A stretch of DNA of 64,000 nt from an uncultured Muribaculaceae bacterium (GCA_949742535.1 CATJQX010000095.1:13-64012), one strand, 5' to 3'; shown: positions 51,561 through 62,322, counted from the first letter of the stretch. The notes: generated from the sequence alone by a model not told the origin. Program-made: numbers and translations.

Positions 51561-53129
51561 TCAGAACGGTGCAGAGTTGTCGTATGATATGTCTGCGGTG
51601 CCACCGGTCAGTGGGTTCGGGGCACCGAAGGGATCTGCTGTCACATCCTCACTGTTGAGGCGCGAAGGTACGACTGTGCGTGTCGTAAGTTCATTTTCAT
51701 CCCAGTTCTGGAATCTCGCGTACTGGTTTACAAAGCGCATTTTCACATCATCCACTTTACCGCTACGGTGCTTCGCAACGATGAAAAGGGCGAGGCCGCG
51801 TATTTCGTTGCCCTCAGCATCCTGCGATGAATGCAGGTAATATTCAGGGCGGTGGATAAAACATACAATGTCGGCATCCTGCTCGATCGCGCCCGATTCA
51901 CGGAGGTCGCTCAACTGCGGGCGTTTTGACTGACTGTCTGTGCCGCGGCTCTCTACAGATCGGTTGAGCTGCGAGAGCGCGATTATCGGGATGTTCAGCT
52001 CTTTTGCCAACTGTTTGAGGTTTCGCGAAATCATTGATACCTCCTGTTCGCGGGAGCCGAATTTCATGCCCGACGCATTCATAAGCTGAAGGTAGTCGAT
52101 GATGAGTATGCGTACTTTATGTTCCCTGACGAGACGGCGCGCTTTGGTTCTGAGCTCGAAGATTGAAAGCGAGGGGGTGTCGTCAATGTACATGGGGGCG
52201 TCATAGAGCCGTTTTACACCGGCCTGCAGCTTTTCCCAGTCTGGCTGATCCAGACGCCCGCTCTTGATCTTTTCGCCTTCGAGTTCGCAGGCATTGCTTA
52301 TCAGACGGTTGACGAGCTGAACATTGCTCATCTCAAGCGAAAATATCGCCACTGGCGTATTGTTGTCAACTGCCATGTTTTTTGCCATAGACAGAACGAA
52401 TGCAGTCTTACCCATAGCCGGGCGGGCAGCAATGATTATAAGATCGGAGTTCTGCCAGCCGGATGTGAGTTTGTCAAGTTCATGGAAGTTTGTGGCAAGA
52501 CCAGACAGACCGCTTTCACGGTTTGAAGCAGCCTCGATCTGCGCTATCGCCTGTTTGATTACGGGGTTGATCTGGGTTACATCTTTCTTGACATTTCTTT
52601 GGGATATCTCGAAGAGCTTGCCTTCGGCTTCCTGAAGGAGATCGTCCACGTCGTTGCTCTCGTCATATGCTTTCCCCTCGATGTTGGAAGAGAAATTGAT
52701 GAGCTCGCGGGCAAGATATTTCTGTGCGACAATGCGCGCATGGAATTCCACGTGGGCTCCCGAGGCCACTTTGGATGTCAGCGAGGATATATACACCGGC
52801 CCTCCGACCTCCTCGAGTGCTCCGTTTGCACGCAAGCGCTCCGTAACCGTAAGCATATCTATCGGCTGTTGGGATGCGCCGAGTTGCTGTATGGCAAAAT
52901 ATATCTGCTGATGTCTCGGATCGTAGAAACTTTCTGGTTTGAGGAGATCGCAGACGATGGTATACGCGTCTCTCTCAAGCATCAGTGCGCCAAGCACGGC
53001 TTCTTCCACCTCGATATCACGGGGCGGGATACGTCCGGGCGTCTCGATCTGAGGCGCTCCTTTCTTGCGATTGGCGGCATAGGTTCCCTGACGATTGTTG
53101 CGTTGGGATTGGGTATTGTTGAATTCCAT
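51561..53129 (-). CDS. dnaB: Replicative DNA helicase
   Basis: EEAVLGA, AARPAMGKT, SLEM, IDYLQL, SQLNR, DLRESGAIEQDAD; no intein. Confidence 0.96.
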   Translation of the reverse strand: MEFNNTQSQRNNRQGTYAANRKKGAPQIETPGRIPPRDIEVEEAVLGALMLERDAYTIVCDLLKPESFYDPRHQQIYFAIQQLGASQQPIDMLTVTERLRANGALEEVGGPVYISSLTSKVASGAHVEFHARIVAQKYLARELINFSSNIEGKAYDESNDVDDLLQEAEGKLFEISQRNVKKDVTQINPVIKQAIAQIEAASNRESGLSGLATNFHELDKLTSGWQNSDLIIIAARPAMGKTAFVLSMAKNMAVDNNTPVAIFSLEMSNVQLVNRLISNACELEGEKIKSGRLDQPDWEKLQAGVKRLYDAPMYIDDTPSLSIFELRTKARRLVREHKVRILIIDYLQLMNASGMKFGSREQEVSMISRNLKQLAKELNIPIIALSQLNRSVESRGTDSQSKRPQLSDLRESGAIEQDADIVCFIHRPEYYLHSSQDAEGNEIRGLALFIVAKHRSGKVDDVKMRFVNQYARFQNWDENELTTRTVVPSRLNSEDVTADPFGAPNPLTGGTADISYDNSAPF

Positions 53130-53134
53130 ACCTG

Positions 53135-53142
53135 CAAAGGTA
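53135..53142 (-). promoter_or_regulatory. -7 element TACCTTTG, 5 nt before the dnaB ATG
   Basis: Consensus TAnnTTTG immediately upstream of the start codon. Confidence 0.7.
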
Positions 53143-53288
53143 CGAAGACTAATTGGAATTCAAAAAACGGTATTGCCCGGTTCCTGAAATAATTTCCCGG
53201 AGTATAACGCCGGGATGGAAATTTTACAGGCCGTGCATGGATTTTACATCCATACACGACCTGCCCATATTAAGGAGAGATCCGGATT

Positions 53289-53480
53289 TTATGAACGACG
53301 CTCCAGAGCCCTTCCGATAAGCATCAGTACTGAGCCGACCAACACAGTGCCGCAGAGTGACAGTGAACCGATCCAATTGGTAAAGCATGTGACGTCTATT
53401 GAAATCAGTATCAGGTAAAACAATATTATTCCTACTGTGATTATAAAGCCTGTCCAAAAAATAATTTTACCTGTATTCAT
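53289..53480 (-). CDS. Small two-TM hypothetical protein
   Basis: 63 aa with two hydrophobic helices and an A-rich upstream region. Confidence 0.5.
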   Translation of the reverse strand: MNTGKIIFWTGFIITVGIILFYLILISIDVTCFTNWIGSLSLCGTVLVGSVLMLIGRALERRS

Positions 53481-53569
53481 ATAATCAAATCAAATGCGGT
53501 TCAACATATCTGATGATGTAGGGATACCTATCGGCATCAACTTCATTTCTTTGATATTATAAAGCTTTT

Positions 53570-54433
53570 TTAACGTGTTTGGTTCGATTCGGCAATTGAA
53601 AATGTGAATTTTAACGAGGTGTAATCAACCTTTTGCAGACACAGCTCCAATGACAACGCTTCAGCTGTGCCGAAAAGATGGCACAATGCTATACCCATGT
53701 CTATTGCCGTGAATTTACCGCCGGGATTTATGCAGCTGATGCATATTATAATCTGTTCACCGTCATATGAAATTTTTCCTCTCCAGGGTTGTGAATTACG
53801 GCTTGAGGGCGCCAAGCGTATCATTTCAAGCATCCCCTTTATCTTAGGCTTCATCTGTTGCCCGTTTGAGGCGGCACGTAGATCTTTGCAATCTTCTTCA
53901 AAAACAAACAGTGAGTCAAGGCTTTTACGTGACGAGGACTTTACAACGGATCGCATGAGTTTTTCGCTCAGACGCATATGCGGAGCCGCGTTGCCGACGG
54001 GGGAGACTATTTCAACAGATCCTGTGCCTCCGTTCGCTTCAAATGCTTTCTGAAATTCAGATTTCCCGAAGGTCCCACCAAGCCAGCATGTCGCAAAGCC
54101 GAGTTCCGTCGCATGCAATATGAAATTTTCAAACAATATGCCTCCTGCGACCATCGTTTGCCGTGAGTTTTTGTCGGGGATTCCAAGGGCGGCATACACC
54201 TGCGCGCCTTTTATTACGCCATATGTAGATGGGGGAGTGACGTTGCTGTTAAATGACAATAGTCTTATTTCCGGAAAGATCATATCCGGCGGAAACATTT
54301 GCTTCGCCTGCGATGGAATGCGGTGAAGATATGCATTGCTGAACTTTTCGATAATCTCTCTCGCCGATATTGTGTCTGAATACGTACGACAGCTTTTGCG
54401 TTGTTCTATAGTATGGAAAATATTCTGAAACAT
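53570..54433 (-). CDS. Nitroreductase-family protein (two-domain, TM1586-like)
   Basis: RKSCRTY, TYGVI.GA, LG..TCWLGGTF, APSSRNSQPW, IDMGIALCH. Confidence 0.85.
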   Translation of the reverse strand: MFQNIFHTIEQRKSCRTYSDTISAREIIEKFSNAYLHRIPSQAKQMFPPDMIFPEIRLLSFNSNVTPPSTYGVIKGAQVYAALGIPDKNSRQTMVAGGILFENFILHATELGFATCWLGGTFGKSEFQKAFEANGGTGSVEIVSPVGNAAPHMRLSEKLMRSVVKSSSRKSLDSLFVFEEDCKDLRAASNGQQMKPKIKGMLEMIRLAPSSRNSQPWRGKISYDGEQIIICISCINPGGKFTAIDMGIALCHLFGTAEALSLELCLQKVDYTSLKFTFSIAESNQTR

Positions 54434-54449
54434 ATATGGGCAAAATACA

Positions 54450-54485
54450 TTGAGACCGGGAATTGATAGAATTTCCCGGTCTCAA
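54450..54485. terminator. Intrinsic terminator after the TPR gene
   Basis: TTGAGACCGGGAA..TTCCCGGTCTCAA. Confidence 0.75.
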
Positions 54486-54506
54486 AAAATGTTTTATAAT
54501 ACAGTT

Positions 54507-56135
54507 TTATTCCACTTTAAGCCCGTCAATGAAAGTGCGCAGCTCATCGGAGGGGCTAAGCTGATAGAATTTCTCGAAGTATTCTTTTGCTTTGGCAACA
54601 TTCTTGCCTTCGCCGTTCAGGTAATAGTTACCGAGACGGCCGTATACACTTGTATAGATATTCTTGCGCTTCTCAAGGTTTGAAGGATCTGAGTCAAGCA
54701 CTCCAAGGGTTGCCTCGTCAGCGGCAACGACTTCCGGTGTCACGTTACCCATGGCCTTTACACGTATGATGTCGCTCTTGGTGTTGAGTACAAGGGGGTT
54801 GTCAGGAATACGCGCGATGACTTTGTCAATAGTCACAAGTGCTTTGTCTGCGGCATTCTGTGAGGCCACGCTGTCGGTTTCCATATAGGAAATTGCAAGG
54901 TTCTGGTAGCGGCGTGCGAGAGCGAGGATGTCATTGGGGTTGGCGTTGTCACCTTCCGAATCAATGAACTGTGCCATAGCGTCGGCAGCTTTGTCATACA
55001 TTTTGGCATTGGAATATGCGCCGCTGAGATCTTTAAGTATAGATGTCTTTTCAGGGCTTGCTGCAACAGCTTTCTCATACATCTCCACTCCCAGGGTATC
55101 TTTGCCTATCTCCTGAAGCAGTTCGCCATACTGGATGTAGTCCTGCGAGTTGAGCTGTGCTTTAGGATTTGCGAACAGACGTTCTGCCGCCTGCAGGGCT
55201 TCATCTTTCTGTTCGAGGGCTTTCTTATTATAGAACTGCAGACGCTCCATATAAAAATTGCCGGGATCCTCTGTCAGCAGTTCAGATGCAAGATCGTAGC
55301 TCTCATTGTAACGCTTTGCAAAGAAAAGAAGTCCTACCAGACGCTGTTTGTCTTTCTTGAAACTGTTGGGGTTCTGGATGTATTTCTCATATTGTTCGGC
55401 GGCACGTGTAAGCTGGTTGTTGTCATAATATTTCTCGGCCAGTTCGCGTTGTGCCAGAGCGGAATTAGGCTGCTGTTTCAGGAGATCCTGAAGTTTCTGG
55501 ATCGCATATTCCGGATTTACGGGGAAATATGTGCGTGCATATTTTACGTATGCCTCGGGGTGTTCGAGAGCGGCGTCGAACTGGGCAGCCATTTCATACA
55601 TGCCGGCAGCCTCACCAACGTTTGTCTTTGCAAGGCGGTCGCCTTCGAGAATAAAAGGCGCAGGTGCATTCTTTTTTGCTTTTTTCGCATCGGCAAGCGC
55701 TTTGTCTATATCTTCAGTGTATTTTACCGGATCAGCTACAAAATATGCGCGTGCTATCTCTGTAAGAATGTCAGGATTTTTTTTAGCACGTCCTCTGGCA
55801 TCTTTGAAATACTTGTTCGCATCTGAAGTGTTGCCGTTTGCAAGCGCGAGTGAAGCGAGACCGATGTAATTGTATGCATTGTCGGCATTTGCGGCGACAC
55901 CTTTGTTGAACAAGTCCTGTGCTCCGGCCTTGTCGCCGTTCTGGAGGGCAATCTGTCCCAGATAATAATAGGCTGTAGCCTGATCTGTGCCAGCTTCTCC
56001 CAGTGTGTTGTTCAGAATAATCGCTGCCTCTTCAGGCTGATCGGCGCGGTAATATTCCACACCGTCTTTGAATCCCTGGGCGGAAAGCCCGAGCGCAGAT
56101 CCCAGAAACAGGGATGCCACTAATTTTAATTTCAT
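54507..56135 (-). CDS. Secreted tetratricopeptide-repeat protein
   Basis: Signal peptide and multiple TPR motifs (AYYYLGQ, YNYIGLA, YGRLGNYY). Confidence 0.85.
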   Translation of the reverse strand: MKLKLVASLFLGSALGLSAQGFKDGVEYYRADQPEEAAIILNNTLGEAGTDQATAYYYLGQIALQNGDKAGAQDLFNKGVAANADNAYNYIGLASLALANGNTSDANKYFKDARGRAKKNPDILTEIARAYFVADPVKYTEDIDKALADAKKAKKNAPAPFILEGDRLAKTNVGEAAGMYEMAAQFDAALEHPEAYVKYARTYFPVNPEYAIQKLQDLLKQQPNSALAQRELAEKYYDNNQLTRAAEQYEKYIQNPNSFKKDKQRLVGLLFFAKRYNESYDLASELLTEDPGNFYMERLQFYNKKALEQKDEALQAAERLFANPKAQLNSQDYIQYGELLQEIGKDTLGVEMYEKAVAASPEKTSILKDLSGAYSNAKMYDKAADAMAQFIDSEGDNANPNDILALARRYQNLAISYMETDSVASQNAADKALVTIDKVIARIPDNPLVLNTKSDIIRVKAMGNVTPEVVAADEATLGVLDSDPSNLEKRKNIYTSVYGRLGNYYLNGEGKNVAKAKEYFEKFYQLSPSDELRTFIDGLKVE

Positions 56136-56190
56136 ATCCGTATGTGTTATTTTAGTTTTTTATTCAGTTTTATTCGGTTTGGTTAAGTTG

Positions 56191-57177
56191 TTAATCTACA
56201 GATACCATGCGGTGGTGTACCGTAGCGGGAAGCACTCCTGTGCTCATCATCAGTTTTTGTCCCCTGAATGAGGTGACAAAAGCAAAAAATCCGTTGGCAA
56301 GTGATCCGGAAGAGCCGGTGTTGATCATATATATGGAGCGGTACATCGGGTAACTGCCATCGAATATGTATGCCTGATAGGGTTTGTATGCGATGGTGGA
56401 GTCGTCGCGACGCATGGCAAGTACTTTGACATCATTGGTAAATGTGGTAGCTGTCGTATCGTCAGCCTCAAGCGTCTTTACACGTTCTTCGGCAGTAAGC
56501 TCGGCGGTTTTCAAGTCTGCGGAAATCCAGCTTACTCCGACAAGACCAATAGCATTCCGGCGCTCTTTTACGGCATCGAACACTCCGCGCATGGATTCTG
56601 CCGCATATACATTTTCTGCAAACGGGGCTCCGTGCAGGAGGCTGTCAGACATATATTTTACTATAGAAGAACCGTTGTGGTCAAAAATCACCTGTATTTT
56701 ACCCAGTTTGGAAGGGTAAATGTCATTCCATTCCGTAACTTTTCCAGACAATATTTCCGACAGATCTGTCAAGGAGAGGTTCTCGACAGGGTTTTCGGGA
56801 TTGACGATCACGGCTATGGCATCAATGGCAATTTTTTTTGTCTTTGCGAAATGTTTTTTGTCTTTCAGGAATTTTATCTGGTCTTTGGTCAATTCATGGG
56901 AGACGATAGCCAGACGAGCCTTTCCAAAAAGAAGCGAATCCACACATGCTTTCTCGTCAAGGTAACGAGAAAGGACATTCGCATACGGGTAAATATATTC
57001 GAACACCTCGATCTCCTGCTCCATTACACTTTCAAAAGAAGCGTCACAAGCCATGACAACTACTCCTGACGTGGAGGTGTTGCCTTTAGGGCTCTCTTTT
57101 TTGCCTTTCCCTTTGCATGCAGGCATCAAGCAACCGATGCATAAGGCTGATATTAATATCAATATAAGTTTTTTCAT
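56191..57177 (-). CDS. PstS-like substrate-binding lipoprotein
   Basis: Lipobox region MPAC; DASFE, IAIDAIAVIVN, YP.YRSIY. Confidence 0.82.
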   Translation of the reverse strand: MKKLILILISALCIGCLMPACKGKGKKESPKGNTSTSGVVVMACDASFESVMEQEIEVFEYIYPYANVLSRYLDEKACVDSLLFGKARLAIVSHELTKDQIKFLKDKKHFAKTKKIAIDAIAVIVNPENPVENLSLTDLSEILSGKVTEWNDIYPSKLGKIQVIFDHNGSSIVKYMSDSLLHGAPFAENVYAAESMRGVFDAVKERRNAIGLVGVSWISADLKTAELTAEERVKTLEADDTTATTFTNDVKVLAMRRDDSTIAYKPYQAYIFDGSYPMYRSIYMINTGSSGSLANGFFAFVTSFRGQKLMMSTGVLPATVHHRMVSVD

Positions 57178-57233
57178 CTCGAAATTATACCCGCATGGTT
57201 TAAGGTTGCCGGGTATAAGCAACCGATATTATG

Positions 57234-57261
57234 CAAAGATAGTCAATGTTAAATTAACATT
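57234..57261 (-). promoter_or_regulatory. Promoter TATCTTTG with adjacent 17-bp palindrome
   Basis: -7 element at 57234-57241; AATGTTAA-A-TTAACATT at 57245-57261. Confidence 0.55.
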
Positions 57262-57315
57262 CGCCAAATCTGTAATCAAAAAATTCCGTTTTTTTATTTT
57301 TTTTGCAATAGACAG

Positions 57316-57350
57316 GACGCCGCGAACTGATTTTTGCAATTCGCGGCGTC
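57316..57350 (-). terminator. Hairpin after the small membrane-protein gene
   Basis: GACGCCGCGAA..TTCGCGGCGTC. Confidence 0.6.
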
Positions 57351-57358
57351 TGATAAGC

Positions 57359-57592
57359 CTATAGGCTGCTGTCTATTCCCCAGAACTGGCGTATTGCGCG
57401 CCAGATGCCGTATATGATAAAAAGAACACCTCCGCACCATCTTAACCAGGTGAGAAGTTCTCCTTGCCATCCGAAAAAGTTGATAAGCAGCAATATGCCC
57501 ATCCCAACATATACAATTATCATTATTATTCCGAACACCACTCTCATAGTAGATGGTATCTGGACCTCTCGATTGTCTCTATCTCTTGCCAT
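57359..57592 (-). CDS. Small two-TM conserved hypothetical protein
   Basis: FGIIM..VY.GMG and G.LFIIYGIWR motifs. Confidence 0.75.
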   Translation of the reverse strand: MARDRDNREVQIPSTMRVVFGIIMIIVYVGMGILLLINFFGWQGELLTWLRWCGGVLFIIYGIWRAIRQFWGIDSSL

Positions 57593-57896
57593 GATATTAA
57601 GTTTATAGTTGAATGTATTCGTGTCGCATATATTTATTTATATAAAACCAACGTTTCCTCGCCGGCGATTGTTCGCGGGAAGCGGTGACCTGCCATATGC
57701 GGGTGCAAATATACGGTTTATGTAAAAAAGAATGGGCCAAACGTACATAAAAAACGTGTCGCGCGGAAGATATATTAAATAATTATGTTAACTTTGCAAG
57801 GCCGCTTCAAGGTGTTACGAGTTGTTTCTGATAATTTTGCACCGGCATTTTCTCTCATAACCGCCCGAGAAATCAATTCACATTATTTATAATATC

Positions 57897-60098
57897 ATGG
57901 AAAAATTACTATTCTGGATTGTGCCTGCCGCTTCTGTGCTGGCACTTCTGCTGGCCTGGTTCTTTTACCGGCAGATGATGCGCGAAAGCGAGGGCACTCC
58001 GACGATGCAAAAAATCGCATCGTATGTGCGCCAAGGCGCCATGTCTTATCTGAAACAACAGTACAAAATTGTCGGACTGGTGTTTCTCGGCCTTGTAATA
58101 TTGTTCTCAGTAATGGCTTATGGATTCCAGTTGCAAAATCCCTGGGTGCCTGTAGCGTTTCTGACCGGAGGCTTCTTTTCGGGTCTTTCTGGTTTTCTTG
58201 GCATGAAGACTGCAACACACGCTTCTGCGCGTACAGCCAACGCAGCCAGGAAATCGTTGAATTCTGGCTTGCGTGTGGCCTTCAGAAGTGGCGCCGTAAT
58301 GGGATTGGTTGTAGTCGGCCTCGGCCTTCTTGACATATCTTTCTGGTATCTCGTGCTTGATTGGTTCGTGCCAGAGGATCCTTATACTCCGACTGCAAAA
58401 CTGTGCATGATTACCACGACGATGCTTACTTTCGGCATGGGTGCTTCTACTCAGGCTCTTTTTGCCCGCGTTGGCGGAGGTATATATACCAAAGCTGCTG
58501 ATGTCGGTGCAGATCTTGTAGGAAAAGTGGAAGCCGGCATTCCTGAAGACGATCCCCGTAATCCGGCCACTATAGCCGACAACGTCGGGGATAACGTGGG
58601 CGACGTGGCAGGTATGGGTGCGGATTTGTATGAGTCTTACTGCGGCTCGATACTGGCGACATCAGCTCTCGGGGCTGCGGCTTATATGGCTACAGGCGAT
58701 ACCGTAATGCAGTTTAAAGCGGTGCTTGCGCCGATGCTGATTGCAGCTGTGGGCATAGTGCTGTCCATAATAGGTATGTTTTCCGTCAAGACACGCGAGG
58801 ATGCGAAAATGAAGGATCTGCTCAATTCGCTTTCGCTTGGCACAAACCTTAGCTCTGTGCTTATCGTTGGTGCTACCTTCTTGATTCTGTGGCTGCTCGG
58901 CCTCCAGAATTGGGTGAATATATCGTTGTCGGTAGTAATCGGACTGCTTGTGGGAATTGTGATAGGCCGTTCCACGGAGTATTACACTTCGCAGAGCTAT
59001 GCTCCGACCCGCAGGCTGTCGGAAAGTGGCAAAACCGGTCCGGCCACGGTGATTATATCCGGTGTCGGGCTCGGGATGGTGTCCACAGCCATTCCGGTGC
59101 TCGCTGTGGTTGTCGGTATAATCATGTCATACTGGCTCGCGTCGGGGTATGACTTTTCTAATGTAAGCATGGGTCTGTATGGTATAGGCATAGCTGCAGT
59201 AGGCATGCTTTCTACGCTTGGCATTACGCTCGCTACGGATGCATATGGTCCTATCGCCGACAATGCCGGCGGTAATGCCGAAATGAGTGGTCTGGGAGAA
59301 GATGTGCGTCGCCGTACCGATGCTCTTGACTCTCTTGGCAACACTACAGCAGCCACAGGCAAAGGTTTTGCTATTGGCTCAGCCGCTTTGACAGGTCTCG
59401 CGCTTCTGGCGTCTTATATAGAGGAGATCAGGATCGGTCTGGTAAGACTTGGTGAGACGGCAATCGATCTCGGCGATATGTCCAAGCCGATCCATGAGGC
59501 ATCGTTTACCGATTTTATGACCTATTTTGATGTAAACCTGATGAATCCGAAGGTGCTGTCGGGAATGTTTATCGGTTCGATGATGGCATTCCTGTTCTGT
59601 GGCCTGACTATGAATGCGGTGGGACGCGCTGCCGCACATATGGTGGAAGAAGTGCGCCGGCAGTTCCGGGAGATAAAAGGCATATTGACAGGACAGTCAG
59701 AACCTGATTATGCGCGTTGCGTGCAGATCTCGACACTCGGCGCACAGCGCGAGATGGTGTTCCCGTCGCTGCTTGCCATCATAGCCCCGATCCTTACCGG
59801 CCTGGTATTTGGTGTGCCAGGTGTAATAGGGCTGCTTGTGGGCGGCCTGTCAGCCGGTTTTGTGCTCGCTATTTTCATGGCCAACTCCGGAGGTGCATGG
59901 GATAATGCTAAAAAATATGTGGAAGAAGGCAATTTCGGCGGAAAAGGCAGCGAGGTGCATAAGGCCACAGTCGTTGGTGATACCGTGGGAGATCCTTTTA
60001 AGGACACATCCGGCCCTTCTCTGAATATATTGATCAAACTGATGTCGATGGTGGCCATTGTAATGGCTGGACTTACCGTATCGTGGTCGTTGTTCTGA
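57897..60098 (+). CDS. hppA: Membrane-bound K+-dependent ion-translocating pyrophosphatase (Na+,H+ type signature)
   Basis: [45 protein letters not shown]; promoter TAACTTTG at 57789-57796. Confidence 0.95.
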   Translation: MEKLLFWIVPAASVLALLLAWFFYRQMMRESEGTPTMQKIASYVRQGAMSYLKQQYKIVGLVFLGLVILFSVMAYGFQLQNPWVPVAFLTGGFFSGLSGFLGMKTATHASARTANAARKSLNSGLRVAFRSGAVMGLVVVGLGLLDISFWYLVLDWFVPEDPYTPTAKLCMITTTMLTFGMGASTQALFARVGGGIYTKAADVGADLVGKVEAGIPEDDPRNPATIADNVGDNVGDVAGMGADLYESYCGSILATSALGAAAYMATGDTVMQFKAVLAPMLIAAVGIVLSIIGMFSVKTREDAKMKDLLNSLSLGTNLSSVLIVGATFLILWLLGLQNWVNISLSVVIGLLVGIVIGRSTEYYTSQSYAPTRRLSESGKTGPATVIISGVGLGMVSTAIPVLAVVVGIIMSYWLASGYDFSNVSMGLYGIGIAAVGMLSTLGITLATDAYGPIADNAGGNAEMSGLGEDVRRRTDALDSLGNTTAATGKGFAIGSAALTGLALLASYIEEIRIGLVRLGETAIDLGDMSKPIHEASFTDFMTYFDVNLMNPKVLSGMFIGSMMAFLFCGLTMNAVGRAAAHMVEEVRRQFREIKGILTGQSEPDYARCVQISTLGAQREMVFPSLLAIIAPILTGLVFGVPGVIGLLVGGLSAGFVLAIFMANSGGAWDNAKKYVEEGNFGGKGSEVHKATVVGDTVGDPFKDTSGPSLNILIKLMSMVAIVMAGLTVSWSLF

Positions 60099-60131
60099 CA
60101 CCTCCCGGCAATAAAACGAATTTTTGACTAA

Positions 60132-60174
60132 CGGCTCCGGTGACATGTGCATATTTGCCTTGTTGCCGGAGCCG
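60132..60174 (+). terminator. Hairpin after hppA
   Basis: CGGCTCCGG..CCGGAGCCG. Confidence 0.6.
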
Positions 60175-60284
60175 CTTGGTTGATTTGAGGCGCAGGCCCA
60201 TACGCAGATTTAAAAGATGGGCAAAACCACGGAATTTTAATTAAATAGACTGCATAAAGCAATTGTTTTGTCAAAAAAATGTCG

Positions 60285-60390
60285 TAACTTTGTGGCGTTT
60301 TTTGGCAGCGGGACTGCCAGTGACAATACATATAATTTGTTTGGTTGCCACGTTGTTGGTGGCAATTTATTGATAAACAATATATTGAAA
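60285..60390 (+). promoter_or_regulatory. thrS promoter (TAACTTTG) and structured 5' leader with anticodon-like loop
   Basis: Hairpins TGGCAG/CTGCCA and GGTTGCCAC-GTTGTTG-GTGGCAATT. Confidence 0.6.
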
Positions 60391-62322
60391 ATGATCAACA
60401 TCACTTTTCCCGACAATTCGGTGAAACAATTCGAAGCGGGCGTTACGCCGCTTCAGATCGCACAGAGCCTGTCGCCCCAATTGGCGCGCGACGTATTGGC
60501 GGCTTCTATTAATGACCAGGAATGGGATCTGACCCGTCCGATTGAATCTGACGCCACGATAAAATTATTCAAATGGGATGATGCCGAAGGAAAGCACGCT
60601 TTCTGGCATAGCTCCGCTCACTTGCTTGCCGAGGCTCTTCAGGAACTTTACCCCGGAGTCAAGTTCGGTATCGGCCCTGCTGTAGAGAACGGATTTTATT
60701 ATGATATAGATCCCAACGGGCATTCGATAACCTCGGCTGATTTTCCCGCAATCGAGGCAAAGATGCTGGAACTCGCCAAGCGTAATGAAGCGATTGTAAG
60801 AGCCGATATTTCCAAAGAAGACGCACTCAAGGCTTTCGAAGAACGTGGAGAAGAGTATAAGTGCGAGTTGATCTCCGAACTGGAAGACGGGCATATAACC
60901 ACATATACTCAGGGTGCTTTTACAGATCTCTGCCGTGGTCCCCACATTCCTTCAACCGGCGTTATCAAAGCTGCCAAAATAATGTCTCTCGCAGGCGCAT
61001 ACTGGCGTGGTGACGAGAAACGCAACCAGTTGGTGCGCGTATATGGCATTACATTCCCGAAAAAGAAAATGCTCGACGAGTATCTCGCAATGCTCGAGGA
61101 AGCCAAGAAACGCGATCACCGCAAACTTGGTAAAGAGATGGAACTGTTCGCATTCTCTACAAATGTAGGTGCTGGTCTTCCTCTCTGGCTTCCCAAAGGC
61201 GCGGCTCTGCGTGACCGTCTGGAGCAGTTTCTCCGCAAGATTCAGAAGAAATATGGTTACCAGCAGGTGATCACTCCCCATATCGGCAACAAGCTCCTTT
61301 ATGTGACATCAGGCCATTATGCTAAATATGGCAAAGATTCCTTCCAGCCTATACGTACGCCTCAGGAAGGGGAGGAGTATATGCTCAAGCCGATGAACTG
61401 TCCTCACCACTGCGAGATTTTCAAGGCCTATCCGCGCTCGTATCGTGAACTGCCACTGCGTCTTGCTGAATTCGGTACGGTTTACAGGTATGAGCAGACC
61501 GGCGAGCTGCACGGTCTTACACGAGTGCGTGGCTTTACGCAGGATGATGCCCATATATTCTGCGCCCCGGATCAGATAAAGGATGAGTTCCTGAAGGTAA
61601 TGGATATCATATTCTACATCTTCAAAGCTCTTGATTTTAATAATTTCGAGGCACAGATCTCCCTGCGTGATCCCAAGAACAAGCAGAAATACATAGGTAC
61701 AGACGAAAACTGGCACCTGGCAGAGACTGCAATCATAGAGGCCTGCGAAGAGAAGGGGCTCAAAGCACGCAAAGAACTTGGCGAAGCCGCGTTCTATGGC
61801 CCGAAACTTGACTTCATGGTCAAGGATGCCATAGGCCGTCGCTGGCAGCTCGGTACAATTCAGGTTGACTACAACCTCCCGGAGCGATTCCAGCTCGAAT
61901 ATACCGGCGCTGACAACCAGAAGCATCGTCCTGTTATGATCCACCGTGCGCCTTTCGGCTCTCTGGAGCGCTTCGTAGCTGTTCTTCTCGAACATACCGC
62001 AGGTAAATTCCCGCTGTGGCTGTCGCCTGACCAGGCTATCATCCTGCCTATTTCTGAAAAATACAATGATTACGCGTATGAGGTGGCAAAAGAGCTTACA
62101 GCTGCCGACGTGCGTGTGACGGTAGATGATAGAAACGAGAAAATCGGTCGTAAGATACGCGACAATGAGCTTCGCCGCATCCCCTATATGCTTGTCGTAG
62201 GCGAAAAAGAGGCAGAAAACGGTGAAGTTTCAGTAAGAAAACAGGGCGAAGGTGATAAAGGTACAATGAAAATTGCTACCTTTGCCGAGGAAATCGCCCG
62301 CAAGGTTGCGAATCTGGAATAA
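60391..62322 (+). CDS. thrS: Threonine--tRNA ligase
   Basis: TGS domain, [41 protein letters not shown]. Confidence 0.97.
   Translation: MINITFPDNSVKQFEAGVTPLQIAQSLSPQLARDVLAASINDQEWDLTRPIESDATIKLFKWDDAEGKHAFWHSSAHLLAEALQELYPGVKFGIGPAVENGFYYDIDPNGHSITSADFPAIEAKMLELAKRNEAIVRADISKEDALKAFEERGEEYKCELISELEDGHITTYTQGAFTDLCRGPHIPSTGVIKAAKIMSLAGAYWRGDEKRNQLVRVYGITFPKKKMLDEYLAMLEEAKKRDHRKLGKEMELFAFSTNVGAGLPLWLPKGAALRDRLEQFLRKIQKKYGYQQVITPHIGNKLLYVTSGHYAKYGKDSFQPIRTPQEGEEYMLKPMNCPHHCEIFKAYPRSYRELPLRLAEFGTVYRYEQTGELHGLTRVRGFTQDDAHIFCAPDQIKDEFLKVMDIIFYIFKALDFNNFEAQISLRDPKNKQKYIGTDENWHLAETAIIEACEEKGLKARKELGEAAFYGPKLDFMVKDAIGRRWQLGTIQVDYNLPERFQLEYTGADNQKHRPVMIHRAPFGSLERFVAVLLEHTAGKFPLWLSPDQAIILPISEKYNDYAYEVAKELTAADVRVTVDDRNEKIGRKIRDNELRRIPYMLVVGEKEAENGEVSVRKQGEGDKGTMKIATFAEEIARKVANLE

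Noticed and set aside
60268-60390. 41-aa N-terminal extension of ThrRS in the ORF track
   Set aside because: It starts upstream of the promoter and covers the structured leader; the TGS domain begins at 60391
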